From the human T2T-CHM13v2.0 reference genome, Homo sapiens, in assembly GCF_009914755.1 (NCBI RefSeq), contig NC_060925.1: a stretch of DNA of 64,000 nucleotides; one strand, given 5' to 3'. Below are positions 60,194 to 64,000 of the stretch, in pieces (within the stretch, counting starts at the first letter, position 1; every line of letters begins with the position of its first letter). A program made the position numbers and the translations under genes. A model generated the notes under the pieces. The model saw only the letters and a program-made list of their open reading frames with translations. It made no database searches and was not told where the DNA came from.

Positions 60194-61210
60194 TTACAAT
60201 TTGGCATGTTTTTGCAGTGGCTGGTACCGGTTGTTCCTTTCCATGTTTAGTGCTTCCTTCAGGCGCTCTTTTAGGGCAGGCCTAGTGGTGACAAAATCTC
60301 TTGGCATTTGGTTGTCTGTAAAGTATTTTATTTCTCCTTCACTTATGAAGCTTAGTTTGGCTGGATATGAAATTCTGGGTTGAAAATTCTTTTCTTTAAG
60401 AATGTTGAATATTGGCCCCCACTCTCTTCTGGCTTGTAGAGTTTCTGCCGAGATATCCACTCTTTGTCTGATGCGCTTCCCTTTGTGGGTAACCCGACCT
60501 TTCTCTCTGGCTGCCCTTAACATTTTTTCCTTCATTTCAACTTTGGTGAATCTGACAATTATGTCTCTTGGAGTTGCTCTTCTCGAGGAGTATCTTTGTG
60601 GCATTCTCTGTATTTCCTGAATTTGAATGTTGGCCTGCCTTGCTAGATTGGGGAAGTTCTCCTGGATAATATCCTGCAGAGTGTTTTCCAACTTGGTTCC
60701 ATTCTTCCTGTCACTTTCAGGTACACCAATCAGATGTAGATTTGGTCTTTTCACATAGTCCCATATTTCTTGGAGGCTTTGTTCATTTCTTTTTATTCTT
60801 TTTTCTCTAAACTTCCCTTCTCACTTCATTTCATTCATTTCATCTTCCATCGCTGATACCCTTTCTTCCAGTTGATTGCATCGGCTCCTGAGGCTTCTGC
60901 ATTCTTCACGTAGTTCTCGAGCCTTGGCTTTCAGCTCCATCAGCTCCTTTAAGCACTTCTCTGTATTGGTTATTCTAGTTATACATTCGTCTAAATTTTT
61001 TTCAAAGTTTTCAACTTCTTTGCCTTTGGTTTGAATTTCCTCCTGTAGCTCGGAGTAGTTTGATCATCTGAAGCCTTCTTCTCTCAACTCATCAAAGTCA
61101 TTCTCCGTCCAGCTTTGTTCCATTGCTCGTGAGGAACTGCATTCCTTTGGAGGAAGAGAGGCACTCTGCTTTTTAGAGTTTCCAGTCTTTCCGCTCTGTT
61201 TTTTCCCCAT
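60194..61210 (-). pseudogene. L1 #2 ORF1, disrupted
   Basis: 1017 nt in one frame with at least two CGA>TGA stops (~61065, ~60823). Confidence 0.93.
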
Positions 61211-62243
61211 CTTTGTGGTTTTATCTACTTTTGGTCTTTGATGATGGTGATATACAGATGGCTTTTTGGTGTGGATGTCCTTTCTGTTTGTTAGTTTTCC
61301 TTCTAACAGACAGGACCCTCAGCTGCAGGTCTGTTGGAGTTTGCTAGAGGTCCACTCCAGACCCTGTTTGCCTGGGTACCAGCAGCGGTGGCTGCAGAAC
61401 AGTGGATTTTCGTGAACCGCAAATGCTGTTGTCTGATCATTCCTCTGGAAGTTTTGTCTCAGAGGAGTACCTGGCCGTGTGAGGTATCAGTCTGCCCCTA
61501 CTGGGGGGTGCCTCCCAGTTAGGCTGCTCAGGGGTCAGGGGTCAGGGACCCACTTGAGGAGGCAGTCTGCCCATTCTCAGATCTCCAGCTGCGTGCTGGG
61601 AGAACCACTGCTCTCTTCAAAGCTGTCAGACAGGGACATTTAAGTCTGCAGAGGTTACTGCTGTCTTTTTGTTTGTCTGTGCCCTGCCCCCAGAGGTGGA
61701 GCCTATAGAGGCAGGCAGGCCTCCTTGAGCTGTGGTGGGCTCCACCCAGTTCGAGCTTCCCGGCTGCTTTGTTTACCTAAGCAAGCCTGGGCAATGGTGG
61801 GCGCCCCTCCCCCAGCCTTGTTGCGCCTTGCAGTTTGATCTCAGACTGCCGTGCTAGCAATCAGCGAGACTCCATGGGCATAGGACCCTCCGAGCCAGGT
61901 GCAGGATATAATCTCCTGGTGTGCCATTTTTTAAGCCCATCCAAAAAGCACAGTTTTAGGGTGGGAGTGATCCGATTTTCCAGGTGCCGTCTGTCACCCC
62001 TTTCTTTGACTAGGAGAGGGAACTCCCTGACCCCTTGCACTTCCCGAGTGAGGCAATGCCTCACCCTGCTTCGGCTGGTGCATGGTGGGCTGCACCCACT
62101 GTCCTGCACCCACTGTCTGGCACTCCCTAGTGAGATGAACTCGGTACCTCAGATGGAAATGCAGAAGTCACCCATCTTCTGCATCGCTCATGCTGGGAGC
62201 TGTAGACAGGAGCTGTTCCTATTCGGCCATCTTGGCTCCATCC

Positions 62244-62277
<34 letters not shown>

Positions 62278-62394
62278 CAGAAATGAGGTCTCACTGTCTC
62301 CAACTCCTGAACTCAAGAAATCCTCCCCACTTGGCCTCTCAAAATGCTGACATTACAGGTGTAAGCCACCATGCCCAGCCTCAAATATGTTTTT

Positions 62395-64000
<1,606 letters not shown>

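Overview
Human genomic DNA; a CpG-intact AluYa5 fragment points to human specifically. The window is non-coding, intron-like or intergenic, and dominated by repeats. I recognise no host protein-coding exon and cannot name the locus. Nearly all long ORFs come from two full-length, minus-strand, inactivated LINE-1 elements (L1 #1, ~11.7-17.7 kb; L1 #2, ~56.1-62.2 kb). Also present: a complete THE1D provirus with its target-site duplication (TSD), about ten Alus, a U13 snoRNA retrocopy, and old HAL1, L1M, L2, MIR, MER, Tigger and LTR relics. I found no new gene system. The most interesting signals are structural. (1) A near-perfect 33-bp-stem hairpin replaces the 5' part of an Alu with an inverted copy of its own flank; it looks like a template-switch product with pri-miRNA-like geometry and lies downstream of an L1 antisense promoter with an intact ORF0. 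(2) A complex templated insertion sits 0.7 kb away. (3) Both L1s carry 3' transductions. (4) The two L1s lie on opposite sides of the ZNF93-escape deletion yet share several apparently private ORF2 substitutions, suggesting patchy gene conversion. Repeat subfamily names come from recalled consensus sequences and need RepeatMasker/Dfam confirmation.
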